NCBI GenBank assembly: GCA_977017575.1
Contig: CDRNVI010000079.1
Coordinates: 1-64,000, forward strand
DNA: 64,000 nucleotides
Direction of reading: 5' to 3'
Origin: Paramoeba atlantica
Taxonomy: Eukaryota; Protista; Discosea
Shown one piece after another: positions 10,319 to 22,293 of the stretch. Position numbers and translations under genes: made by a program. Numbering within the stretch: position 1 is the stretch's first letter; every line of letters starts with the position of its first letter. The notes beneath the pieces are model-generated. The model made no database searches. It saw nothing but the letters and a program-made list of their open reading frames with translations, and had not been told where the DNA came from.

Positions 10319-11395
10319 GGGTAACATTGGGTAACACAGGCGCTGGGTAAAAGTTTTTGAATCATTCTCTTGCAGTCTCTGCAGTACTATCCCCCCCTAT
10401 CCTAGCATTGCCTCGGTTGTCTTTTAGACTGTCTCTTGCCGCACCCCTACTTTGCGACAAGAGGGATAGTTCCTCTCCTAGCGCCATCCGGAAACGGTCA
10501 TTGGACCTTCTGCAAGTCCGCCTTTTTAGAAGTTTCTATGGGTAACACTGGGTAGCACAGGTTGCACTGGGTAAATTATTTTCAAAAAAAATCTTTTTTA
10601 AATCTATATTTTTGAAATTAGTGCTCTTTGAGATTTCTGAATACAAAAGAATAAAAAATAATTTTTCAATCAAACTCCGTATCATGATTTCTTCCTGTAT
10701 GGCTATGTCTGGGCAAGATTCTCTTCCGCAGCTTTACTGCGGAATGTACGGAATGTGGAAAGAAAACGTTTTTTTCGGTGTTGGCTCCTAGGTGTTGTCT
10801 CGTGTGTCAAGCACCAGAAGACGCAGCATCTACCATCGTGGATGTGGAGACATGCCTGCGCTGTAATTACAAAAACGTGCCCGTCACCGCCAACATACAT
10901 GTATCTCCCGTAAGTACCGCTCCGAAAAATATTGAAGAGATATCCCGCGCATTCAAGGAAACGCTGAGTGCCGTGGGTGTCAATGTGGAAAGCGCACAAC
11001 GGGTTTGCTGCACATACAGCAAATACTGGTTGTGCATGAAACGGCTGACTTCCGATGATATAGCCCAGATTCTTTGGCAAGTAGCTACGTGCCGCGGGAT
11101 GCCTGCATTCGCGCATCACGTTTCGTCGCGCTTTATCATTTCAAAACGGCTCTTCATCCTGACGACTACCTCAAAAAATACCTCCACCGGGCCCACTATT
11201 TTCGACCGTTTGGCGCCGACCTCCAGGTACTGTCTTCACCCCCGCCACTGCAAGTGGTCGAGGGTGGTGGTCGAGGGGTCACCACCAGTGACCTTGCAAA
11301 AGTCTTCTCTGGGTAACACTGGGTAGCACAGGTTACACTGGGTAACACAGCATACACAAGATCACACTGGGTAACTGCAGAATCTCCATCGACAT
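10319..11395 (+). repeat. Three clusters of ctgggtaacac/ctgggtagcac direct repeats (~10319, ~10540, ~11310)
   Basis: The same motif block recurs three times in the same orientation. Confidence 0.65.
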
Positions 11396-11454
11396 AGTAA
11401 AAATATGCCTGTTTCCGGGAGAGAAAAGATGAGCTAGGAAAAAAGTACCAAGAA

Positions 11455-11848
11455 GGTACACCCCCCCCTGGTACGCGCAGGAGGGGTCCGACAAGGTCAA
11501 AATGTCCGAAATTTTTGGGGTGACCAAAAAAACAAATTTGAACCAAAGAAAAGTAAAACTATTATTTTTCCAAAATCTACTCCTAATACGTGTTTTAGCA
11601 GTTTAGGATCCCAGCTACCATTCTACGACGTTTTTTTCGTCAGATTCGCCTCTTACCCCTTTTGGTAAGTCATCAAAAACGGCCCAAATTCGGGTTCTTT
11701 TTTCACCCAACAAAATAGGTAATTCATGACCTTTTGGAAAATTTTATTTTTTGGGCTCTTCGTTAAACACGGTGGTAGTTTTCAACGCGAAGCGAGCAGC
11801 ATGAGTGACTTCTAAGTTGAAAACAACCATCGCGTTTAACGAAGATCC
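11455..11848 (+). mobile_element. One arm of the hairpin-ended foldback family (cf. 54751-55883)
   Basis: Colinear with 55490-55883; terminal hairpin at 11754-11848. Confidence 0.8.
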
Positions 11849-12137
11849 TAAAAAAGTTAATTTGCGGTGGTTGTATAACTACCGCTCTATTGAGGGAGAT
11901 ACGGAGTATCTAACTCGCTTACTAAGGTTAATTCCAAAACTTGAAAATGTCTCCCAAAGAAGCGTAAGTGTAGATATAGTGGCACTTGAGAGACTGATAG
12001 CAGTGGCACGTGAGGCAGTGACTGCAGTGATGCAGTGTAGCTGCAGTGGCCCGTCCGAGAGTAAGTGTACTTCCACGTGAGGCAGTGACTGCAGTGATGC
12101 AGTGTCCTACCTATCCTAATAGACCGATTTTCATCGG

Positions 12138-13004
12138 TTAAGAGTACTTCCGTTTTTGTTTTCGTTTCGACGTCTTTATCTCAGGTGAATTCGCCCCGGC
12201 ATGCGTCTTGGCCGCTGAACCGGGCGTGGCGATTCCTTCATGCACATTTTCATTTTCGATATCGCTATCCTTAGGCAAACACTCCTCGTCAGAAGTTTGT
12301 CCCACTCCAGTAATCCTTACAGGGGGCGAGGTACCCATTTTGGTCAGAGGATCCTCCCTTGCAGTCTTGAAGTAGTCTCGTCTTTTCCCTAATGGCTTAG
12401 GTATTGGACCACTGTTTTTCCTAGGACGTTTCATGATTTGAAAGGTTTGCGAGCTAACCCTGTGAGCTGCGGCACTTGTCTCAGTCTTTTTCCTCTTTGT
12501 TTCTGAGGTTGGTATATTTTTTCGTGTACCTGCGAGAGCCAAGGTGTCTGCCTTATCATTGTATATGTTCCCATTGTGCGATTTCACTTTGCACACGTAA
12601 CACCTTTTATCTCTTGACTGGAGAGTTCGTATTTCGAGATCTAATTTCTCAAGGATATTTCCATTTGGCACGTTGCTATACCCAATGTTGCGCCGTCGGA
12701 TGCGTGTATGATGGAAAAAATTCCATGCATAGAACGAATCCGTGTGAATAACAACGGTTTGAGACTCCTCAGGTATCCTTGCCAACGCTTCTCTCAGTGA
12801 TTCAACCTCAGCCCGTTCAGCTGAGCCAGCATGGGGATGCAGTGTAGCTGCAGTGGCCCGTGTGAGAGTAAGTGTACTGCCACGTGAGGCAGTGACTGCA
12901 GTGATGCAATGTTTAGCTAAAGTGGAACGTGGGTGCAGGTGGACTGCACATGAGACACCCACATGAGAGACCGTGCGCCACCAGTCGCCGCACTGGTGTT
13001 CCAT
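12138..13004 (-). pseudogene. RNase HI-like domain fragment disrupted by a 67-bp repeat
   Basis: SAERAEVESLREAL (E), VIHTDS (D), KVKSHNGNIYNDKADTLA (H, D). No first catalytic Asp seen. The repeat at 12836-12909 also occurs at 12007-12105. Confidence 0.65.
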
Positions 13005-13026
13005 TTAGAGAATGTTGTTCCAGATC

Positions 13027-13107
13027 GCCGTGTTGCGGAAGAGTGGCTAGCTGGCCGTGTTATGGAAGAGTGGCCAGCTGGGCATGTTGTGGAAGGGTGG
13101 CTAGCTG
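13027..13107 (+). repeat. 3 x 27-bp tandem repeat
   Basis: gccgtgttgcggaagagtggctagctg variants. Confidence 0.85.
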
Positions 13108-13224
13108 AGAGAGCTATAGTGCTCTGAGAGCAAAAATACGCAAAATTAACCCTATTTTTAACCCGCTATTTTTGGCTTAAATCCTTCCTGTTTCTTCCAC
13201 TTTCGAAGCCAATTTTGCTTTTTT

Positions 13225-13292
13225 AGGTTTTTCGTTAAACGCGAAAGTAGTGACTTTTAAGTTGAAAACAACCACTGCGTTTAACGAAGAAC
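13225..13292 (+). repeat. Internally deleted copy of the ~95-bp terminal hairpin
   Basis: ttcgttaaacgc[deletion]gaaagtagtgacttttaagttgaaaacaaccactgcgtttaacgaag. Confidence 0.75.
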
Positions 13293-13301
13293 TCAAAAAA
13301 G

Positions 13302-16300
13302 AAATTATGGCGTTCGATAATTATATCTATACAGGGCATTACCTGTAGAGTAATAAAGTCTAACAGGACGTACGCATATGACGTCGCCTGCTAGACCATT
13401 TGCTAACCAAAGCTTTGGTTGTCCCATAAAGGGGATTCCCTTTTCAGCCAGAGTTGAAAGCTGCTCCGGATCGCCGTTCGGATGACTTCGACACGGCACT
13501 TATCTGAGAGTGCCTTGTCACCCAAAAAGAGACGGTTGATGTGACGCAGCGTCGTAGAAGGGAGACCTCTAGCTCCAACTTCAAAGCATATCAAGTGGCA
13601 GTCTGGGTACCTTATTTTTCGTCGGTGTAGAATATTTATGTACTTTTCTACTTTTCGGCAGTGGGCTTCGTGTACGTTTTCCTCCCAGGGCATCGTCAAC
13701 TCAACGATAAATTCAGTTCCGTCGTTGAGTTTGACGACTCCATCTGGGCGAAGCTGTGTTTCCAGGTCGGACCACCATGCGGGTAGTTGACGTAGGTGTG
13801 GGAGATCAAAATGTGCTTCTGCGGTATGGGGGGAAGAGAGTATCGCGTTTGCAAAGGTGGAGAGTACACAATCATGGCGATATGTGTAACGTCCCTGTTC
13901 TAGTGATACCTTGCACGAGGATAAGAGGTGTCGTAATGTTTCCGGTTCTTGTTTACAAATTCGGCATTGTACTGTATCTGTGCCGTGAATTCCCCATGTC
14001 CTCAGCATTGTCCTAGTAGGGAGAGTGTTTTGTACCATTAAAGAAGTTGCGAAGCGGCTAAGGGAAGTGCTACGTAATCCGTTTATCGCGGCGCTGAAAT
14101 CTTTCGCCTGTTCTTCCTCGGAGGCTATATCCCACCATTGAATAGCGAACGTTGACCTGCGGCGTAGTGCGTTGATCATTCGGTCCTCATTAAGCTCAAG
14201 AAGAGTTCGTTTTGCGAGGTCGCGATCCTCCAGTATGTGTGTGATGTCACATGCTGGTCGAATTTGGCCTTTCCTGCGCTTATGTTCTTCAGCCCGTATT
14301 CTTTCCTGCAGTGCAGCGGTAACGTTCGGGTCTCGGGACCGCTTCATTTGACAGAGAAGATCAGCTGTACAGTCCTCCCAGAGTCTGGACAAGCTGCAGA
14401 TGTTCATCCACGCTGAGAGTAGATTGCTTCGCTGCATGTAGTTCTAGCCGCATTGATCCACCGTTTCAGGGAGTGAGTATACATTTTCTGAAGGCGTAAA
14501 ATAAAGTTTAGCGTGATACATGGGTGTATAGTAAAGGTGAAACGTAGCCGAGAGATGATTGCGTGTTGATATATCCAAATTTTTGATGGGAGGTCGTGGG
14601 CCGACTGGTCAATGTTATGAAGCCATCGCTTCAATAAGGGCCTAACTTTCGTGAAAAGGGCTCGGGATTGTTGAGAACCGGGGGCAATATTCATGCCAAG
14701 AAACGTACTTCCTTCGTCGCATATATGCGGTATAGCTTCGTTCTTGATGAAAATTTGAGGACGTCGTGTCATGTAGCCGGGGTGTTCATCATTTTTCTTG
14801 GACGCCATATATTGGACTCTGCACTTTTTGACGTTGATGGAAAGGCCAAGCGAACCGAGTACCGTGGATAGTGTTTCAACAGCCAGTTGCATTTCTTTTT
14901 CACTATTCGTCAGGACCGTGAGATCGTCGGCGTACGCTTTTAGGAAGCTTTTTGGAAATCCAGGGAGGTTCAATCCAAATGAGGGAAACGATTTTGCCAT
15001 GTAACGTAGGGCTAGCTCCATAATCACCAGAAAGAGCGTAGGAGAGAGAGTGTCACCTTGCAAGACACCTCGTTTAGCTGGGATCGCGCTGGACAGACCT
15101 TCGTAACATTTAATGCGGGTACTTGCGTCAGTGTATAAGCATTGGACGTATTTAATAATGTTTGGGGAGATTCTCGCTCATTCCAGTGCTTCAAAGATGA
15201 TGTTGCGGGGGACTGAACCAAAGGCGTTACTGAGGTCTAGCTGGGCCATGCAGTAGTTCCACTTGTTCTTCCGGTAGTGGCGTAGGAGCTCTGAGAGGGA
15301 TTGCGTATGTTCGAGAGTACCGTTAATGGCGGGGAGAAAGCCTTTCTGTATCTTGGGGTCAATGACAGAGGCTTCAAGTAGGAATTTCGTCATTTTCCGG
15401 CTGATGATGGAATGCAGGAGTTTCCCTAGTACGCTAGTCAGGCCGATGGGACGCCAGTTTTATGGGTTGTCAGGCTCTCCTTTTTTGTAAATGAGGCGAG
15501 TAACGGATATTTTCCACGACGTCGGACATGTGCTGAAGCGCACTAGCGCGTTGAAGACGTTTGCCATGTGGGTGTGGGAGCTGTGGCATCGCTTTAGAGT
15601 CTGGTACGTAATGGAGTCCTGGCCTGGAGCACTGCTGTTTTTCTTTGATGTGAGAGCGTTCGAAATGTCGATTGAAGCCAGTTCGTCCCAGGTCATTTCC
15701 GCCAGATGACGGTTTCCGAGGACGTCGTGGGGTGGTAAGTGATGCACTGTAGTGGGGTCTGTAAGTAATGTTGTGAACACACTTTCCACTTTCTGTACAT
15801 TGCGAGTCGGATAGGCCGGTACACTTTCTGCTTCTGTCCTTTTGTCCAAGGTTTGACTCGCAGCCGTCCATGGATTGCGGTTGAATTGTTGAAGTGCCCA
15901 GCGACTTTCCAGTTCCCGTTTTTGGGCCATGGCTTCTGCGCTGTATATACGTTCCGCCTTTTTGGTTTCCTTAATCTTTTGTTTCAACGCCATGCGGGGA
16001 GCCTTGAAGTGTGTGTATCGCAGCTTCATTTGTAGTTGTTTTACATGTCGAGAGAAGGAAAAGGCAACTTTTTCGCTTTCTAATGGACGGACTTTCCCCT
16101 TTATGTGTCCTCGAGCCGTTCGGATGATGAAACCCTTCCTGGAGTCGACGTCTCGCGCTACTTCATATGCCGACACCGCCAGTATTGCACTCAGTAGTTC
16201 TGCGTTATGGACGGCGGAGAGTGCGTCGCCAGAGACAGTGAGCAAGGTGTTGCATCTGTGGAGGGCCCTACGTTCCACCTCGTGCCAGTGCGCGTCAGCC

Positions 16301-18260
16301 AAGTTTATGTTTAACTTGCCCCCCTGGATGTGTCGTGCCGTGCGGAAAAGGTACTCCGTCTCGTCGAGTGGTCTCGGAGAGGAAGCGGAAGTGGGGGGGG
16401 GGGTTAAGTTCGGGGTGTTCTTGCTCTTGTCCTGCGTTGGGGCTCCCCTCAGAGTCTCCTTCGATTCCCTGATCGTGGGATGGTCCATAGATTTTGCAGC
16501 ATGGATGGCTGCATTTGAGTTTACTTATGCATCGATGTTGGCATGGGTGCGTCCGCTTCAAGGAGGAGGCGTGGTCACGCGAAATAATCTCGTATGGTGG
16601 AAGTATTGGGACCGTTTGGGGCTTTGATGGCTGTACTTCTTCTTTGTCGTCGGTGCGAAGGAGCAGAACGATCCGAAACGCCGATAACCCAGGGACCGCT
16701 CTCCCGTTCAGTACCTTATTTACCGCTTTACCCATTGAGCTAGGTGATGCGTAGTGGTTGTATAATTCCAGGTGGCTGTCGTGAAAAAGAGATACCCAGT
16801 TCGCGTGGCGAGAAATGTGACTTGTTGAGTCTACTCTACTAACTTCTAAAAAGTCACACGCTCTCTTTTCCATAAGCTCGTCTACGGTACACGTTTCTAC
16901 GACGACGTCGTGTGCTGCACTTTTCCCATTGAGCGCTTTGGACAGGGCGGCTTCAGCCCCCTGGGGGGAAGGGATACGACTACGCACAAGTTGGCTTACG
17001 CATGCTGCATGCACATCCGGGAAATATCTCCATGTGTTGTCGTTGACGAGGCGGAGTTTGACAGGTTTTGACCGGGACTGGATAAAGTGGAAACGTTGCT
17101 TGTGTCGATTATGGGTTACGGGATGCGTGGGGTCCTGGGGCGGCGGGAGATACTGTGACGGGCTGTCGGGAGTTTGTGTGGAAATCTGGGGACCCTCGGA
17201 TTCATCCGAATGTAAATGGGTGTCCAGTTGTGATGGGGGTAAGGGGCTGCCTTGTTCAAGCGGCGGGCTTTGTATTCGCCCTACGCTGTGCGCTTGTTGG
17301 AAAACCCAGGATGGGACTTCGTCATCGCCATTCTCATTCCGCGGACTGTGTTGGTGTGCTGGGGAAGATGAGTCCAAGAGAATGATACTTTCCGGTGCCT
17401 TGTTTTTGGGAGTCGGGATGGCTGGTTCCCTGGCAACGGCACGGTCAGCTGTCGTAGTGGTTGTGTTTAGGGACGGTGTGACGAGATTCTTGGGAAGGGT
17501 ACATGGGCCGGTGGGTAGAGTATCCTGCCCATCCAGTTTGCTTATCGGTGTGTCAAGCGAAGTCAACGGTGTGCCAGTGCGTTTGCAGCAAGGATGGCCG
17601 CACCCTGCTTTGTTCTTACATTTAAGCTTACAGGGCTCGACACGGCCTGCTTGTTCGGAGGCAGGGCCTAGGCCTTGCTTGCCGCACACGTGCTTACATT
17701 GATCTTTACTCTTGCAGATATGCTTGCATACACTAGTTAAGGCGTGGACCTGAAGTTGTGTTGGAGATTTAGGTTTGGGGAGGCTTTGGGAGTCCGGAGT
17801 TTGACATGGAACGCCGTTGAAAAGTAGGAATTTGGCAAGCGAGCAGGCAGTTGATGCGACGGCACGACCGACGGTAACAGTGGGTGATTTTTGATGGGGA
17901 GTAACCTCCTTGGGTGGGGGTACATGTAAATCGTGTTCGTCTTTTGGACAGGGTGCTATTGTGTACAAGCGTTCCTGTCCGGTGCTGCTGTGAGGTCGTA
18001 CGGTTACCGCCAGGGTTGAGGGAGTGCCGTTAGCGTACGGTTGAGTGCGGCTTGAAAACAGATATCGTGTTGCAGCTCGCGCTGCCATGCCAAGTAGGTT
18101 GCTTGATTTCGGTACTTTCACATCCTGTGTTACGCGGTCACGGGTGCATGGCGGTGACGTTTCGTCCCTTTGTCGCGTACTTGGAGCTTCTTTGGGCCCG
18201 GATTCTTGACCGCTCGCCGTAGTGTCGTGAGTTCGTATGTTGTTGGTGTAAGATTACGTT
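13302..18260 (-). mobile_element. Near full-length degenerate non-LTR retrotransposon, RLE type (R2/NeSL/HERO-like), family 1
   Basis: Cys/His-rich 5' ORF 16295..18121. RT: SAPGQD, KKGEPDNP*NWRPI, QKGF, LDLSNAFGSV, QGDTLSP, YADD. CCHC CRIC..ETLRHLLSSC; RHD, RPDG, ELTMPWE, KVEKY endonuclease. Two in-frame stops and at least one frameshift. 5' limit approximate. Confidence 0.88.
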
Positions 18261-18589
18261 TGCAACATGGGTACTGTTATAGAAGATAAACATTACAACG
18301 CCGCCACACCCAACCATAATACTTTCGAAAACGCAATTGTATGTCTCTCAGAAACCGCGATTTCTGCAGCTGCCGCCCATAGAATGATTGATCGGGTTTT
18401 GGTAATGTTTCACTCCCCTGTTGCGTATTTTGTGCATGGCACTTCAAGAGAGCCCGTACTTATTCTGTATCTTGGATGGTTAGTTTTTATCTAAATAGTG
18501 TTTAATGGGTCATTAAAGTTAATTGTTTTGAAAGAAAGCGCAAAAATAAATCGGCGCCGCTTCGCAGCTCCTGTTTTCAACGTTTATAA

Positions 18590-19208
18590 TTTGCTATTGC
18601 ACACCAGCATTGGACCGTCCAAGACTGGAAGCGGGTACTTTGGACAGATGAAACCAAAGTAAACCGTTTCAGTTCGGATGGGAGACGCTGGATGTGCGTC
18701 GGGTGAATGAGAAGCCCGACTCCCGGAACACGAAAGGGACGGTGAAATATGGGGGCGGTAGCTTGATGGTGTGGGCGTGCATTGCGCACACAGGGGTGGG
18801 CAAGATACATCTGATTGATGGCAATTTAAACGCTCATCAGTACGTTGAAATTCTGCTCGAAAATCTTGCCCCCTCCATTGAAACCCCGACGAAGTCTTTT
18901 TTCAACAAGACAATGACCCTAAACACGCAAACAGGCTTGCCAAAGAGTGGTTGGCGAGCCACAGCTATATAGTTTTGAAGTGGCCCCCGCAATCCCCAGA
19001 TCTCAATCCTATTGAGAAAATGTGGGGACACTTAAAACGGCGTCTCTCTGCCTATAAGAAGGACCCAGAGGGAATGGTCGAGCTTTGGGGCCTGGCTAAA
19101 GTTGTGTGGGACGCACTTCCCAGTGCCCTATGCGCGTCTACGGTGAGCAGCATGCCTCGCCGTGTGAGAGCGGTGATTGCTGCGAAAGGGGGGCATACAA
19201 AGTATTAG
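18590..19208 (+). pseudogene. 5'-truncated Tc1 (DD34E) transposase with frameshifts
   Basis: WTVQDWKRVLWTDETK, KYGGGSLMVWAC, QQDNDPKH...WPPQSPDLNPIE; 34 residues counted between D and E. Confidence 0.9.
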
Positions 19209-19407
19209 TTTTACCTTGTTTTTACCGTTTATTAATCAAGAAATAATCCATCTTTTTATCAAAAAATCCTCACTCGAAAAGAGTGCAAAAAACGTCTCAA
19301 TAATATTTTTTACTCAAAGGTGTTACAGGTCCTCGTGGAAGCTGCTGCATAGGTAACGGCCCTCATCGTCAGTGTGATGGTACATACCCCTACATAACCC
19401 CCATATA

Positions 19408-21658
19408 CCGTTACCCCCCCCTTACTTATCCAGGTACGCTACTTATCACAAAATCCCAAACCTTACTTATCCGCAAGGATAAGTAGCGTACCTGGACCTT
19501 GGCCTTTTTTCCGAACTTTTTTATTGTTTTAGATTTGAGGTAGCTGTACAATGCGTTGCTATTTTAAAGTATTTATCTATCTACAACTCTTGAATTCTTT
19601 TTTCTACAACTCATCCTCCCTCTCTCTCTCTCTGAATGTCTGACTTGAATCGGCTGGTTTTTCATGCAGGGCAGGTCCGCAACGCACTCTTACCACAAGA
19701 GGCGGTTGTCGTAATTCCGGATCCGAATGCCGTAGTCAATGTTATCCCAAACGTTGAACTACTGGCCCATGCTCAAGTTGAACAAGACCGTCCACGGAAA
19801 AGTCGGGTCGAGCTTACTATCCAGCAGAAACTTAACATTTGTGCTGCAATAGAAGCTATGAAGCCCGAAGCAACAGTTGCCGCAGAGTTTCGCATCACTC
19901 CTTCCACGGTGCTAAAAATCGCCCTGCAGAAGGAAGAGTGGATGAGGCTTGTGCGCCTTGGCCACGGAAGTTCCTATCAATTCCACCCGCCGCGTCAGAA
20001 TCAGGAATTGTACACTCAGGGTTCTCGCATGATTGCGGTCTTGCGTGACGCGCTCGTCGGGGTCACGAAATGGTCTCACAGAGAATGGGAAGGTAAAGTT
20101 CTGGCAGCGCTTTTGTCGATTTGCGAACGTTCGTCGCCGCCGTGTAAACGGTTGCACTCAACTCGTTCCGTCAGATGCTGATGAGCGGGTCAGAAACTTT
20201 CTCGAGATGCTTACTCTGATGAACGTCGATCTTTCACTCTTTACTCTGTCATCCTCACGGGTGATGAGACCGGAGTAGTGTGGGAACTTGTAAGTAGTGT
20301 TACTATTGAACTTCGTGGGACGTGGCGGGTGCGAGTTCGCACAGCCGGAACGGAACGCCAAATGACGACAGCATGTTTTGCGGCGCGCTCCGTTCGAGGC
20401 GCGGGTGGCGTTTGGGACCACACCATGCCCCCTCATCTCATCTGGCAGGCGCAGTCCTCCACAGGCCTCATCTCTCGGGAAATCAACGCGGCAGCTGTAA
20501 CCGTTGTACTGCCACCACAACTGCATCGGGGTGGACAAATGGCGACTCTTTTCTGGCATGGCTTCAAAGAGAGTTGTTAGACCATGCGCGTTATCCTCCG
20601 CGACAAACTTTACTGGTGATTGACCTCTATGCTGCTCATCGAACTCACAAAATTCTTTCTTACCTTCGTGAGCGAGAGGTTGATGTCTTGTTCATTCCTT
20701 CAGGTTGCACCTCGCTCATCCAACTCATGGATGATGCAGTCAACCGAGCGTTCAAGCACTATTACCGGGATAAATTTTCTACCTGGCGTGCCTCTCAGAA
20801 CGGGTTTCGCCGCCCCACGCGTCAGAAAATCACGCGTTTTGTCACTGAAGCGCTACAGTCCTTTCCTGCAGTAGAAGCCTATCGTGTGGAATTTGAACGC
20901 AAGCTCTCATCCCACCTTCTACGAGTCGCAGAAACAATTTCCCCCCAACGGGTACAATCTCTACGTGGTAGTACCCTTGTGGTTGGCGCAACGCCTGCAG
21001 AAGCTGCTTTGGAGACAGAAGTCGTCTCCAATGCTTTTCAGCAGCTTTCTTTCGGTGAGGAAGTGATTGATGCGGATACTGATCAATGAGCGCTTTTTGA
21101 TATAAAATTGTGTGCACTCGGGCGTAATATGATAATTTTATAATATGAGAATAGATTCAACTGAGGCATATCGAATATTTTTCGTTCGCTTTTACTCCTG
21201 GGTTGGTCGGAATGTCATTCTATAAAAATATTATTCCTCATATTTTTCTGGTTTTTTTTCCATGCTTTTACATGCCATCAACAACCAGCAACGACTACAC
21301 TTTTTCCCCCCGCTTATTTTTTGTCATGCAATTAGCACTACTTTTTTTCGTGTTCTATGATGTTGTTCTTATAATGTGCATGACATTCTCTTAGCCTTCA
21401 TTTGTGTCACACTCGCGTTGTTTTTTATGTACCTTGTATATTTCGATTACTTCTCTCTGTTTGTTGTACAACTTTGTTTTCCCTATGTTATTGATTTCAT
21501 TTATGGCAGGACGCTTCCGAAAACCACTCACCAACCTAAGGTACACTACTCAGGCACGCTACTTATCCAGGTACGCTACTTATCCAGGCACGCTACTTAT
21601 CACAAAATCACTGATTTTGGGGTCAAAATGCGGGATAAGTAAGGGGGGGGGGTAACGG
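19408..21658 (+). mobile_element. Complete pogo-family element (DD35D), frameshifted transposase, TA TSD
   Basis: TIRs CCGTTACCCCCCCCTTACTTATCC at both ends flanked by TA. HTH_psq-like LTIQQKLNI...AAEFRITPSTV, DETG, LLVIDLYAAH...IPSGCTSLIQLMD (35 counted). Subterminal ggtacgctacttatcc repeats. Confidence 0.92.
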
Positions 21659-22011
21659 TACTATGATAATTATTCGTCGTTCATTTCAAAGATAATCATT
21701 AAACAAAATATTTTTTCATGACATTGAGACATTTTTTAACGTCACTGTAAGTAGGGGGTGGTGAATTTACTATCTTTTTCTCAGAACTGAGAAAAAGGGA
21801 GTAGGGGGAGCGGTGACAATTATGTGTGCTGGGATAGTATCAACTTTAATTGTTAAGCAAAACTTTACTTGTTAAACTGAATGGGCTTTATTGGAGAAGG
21901 AAGACATGAAAACGTGCACTGAAGAAAGACGAAAATTACTACTATTCAAAAATCAACTTCTTCGACAAAAAATAACTTTCTTTGCCAATTCTAAATACTT
22001 CTACTCAAAAT

Positions 22012-22293
22012 TCATAGACGTAAAGGTGTATTGCTGCTGATACATTGTTGTGCATTCCTTCTTGGTACTCTTGCGATACGTACTGCTTTGATTTTTACTT
22101 GTTCTGTCGTATCAAAACAAACATACGCACGTTTGAACTTCTCAATGATTGTGGCAAGTTTCACCTCACCAAAGAAAGCGTAATACTCAGTTAAGTACCT
22201 TTTCCTCATTTCCGACGGAAGATGCCCCACAATGATCGAGCGCTCGTCACGCTCTCCCAAAGCTGAACTCAAGTTCATCTCTGATTCGTGCAA
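22012..22293 (-). pseudogene. RRM-like fragment
   Basis: RSIIVGHLP...LTEYYAFFGEV...RAYVCF resembles RNP2/RNP1. Confidence 0.35.

Noticed and set aside
15929-17702. Plus-strand ORFs 15929..16627 and 16929..17702 as genes
   Set aside because: They are antisense shadows of the retrotransposon coding strand.
18150-18170. Hammerhead ribozyme at the retrotransposon 5' end (minus-strand gggacgaaac)
   Set aside because: No CUGANGA core or supporting stems found nearby; no HDV-like fold recognised either.
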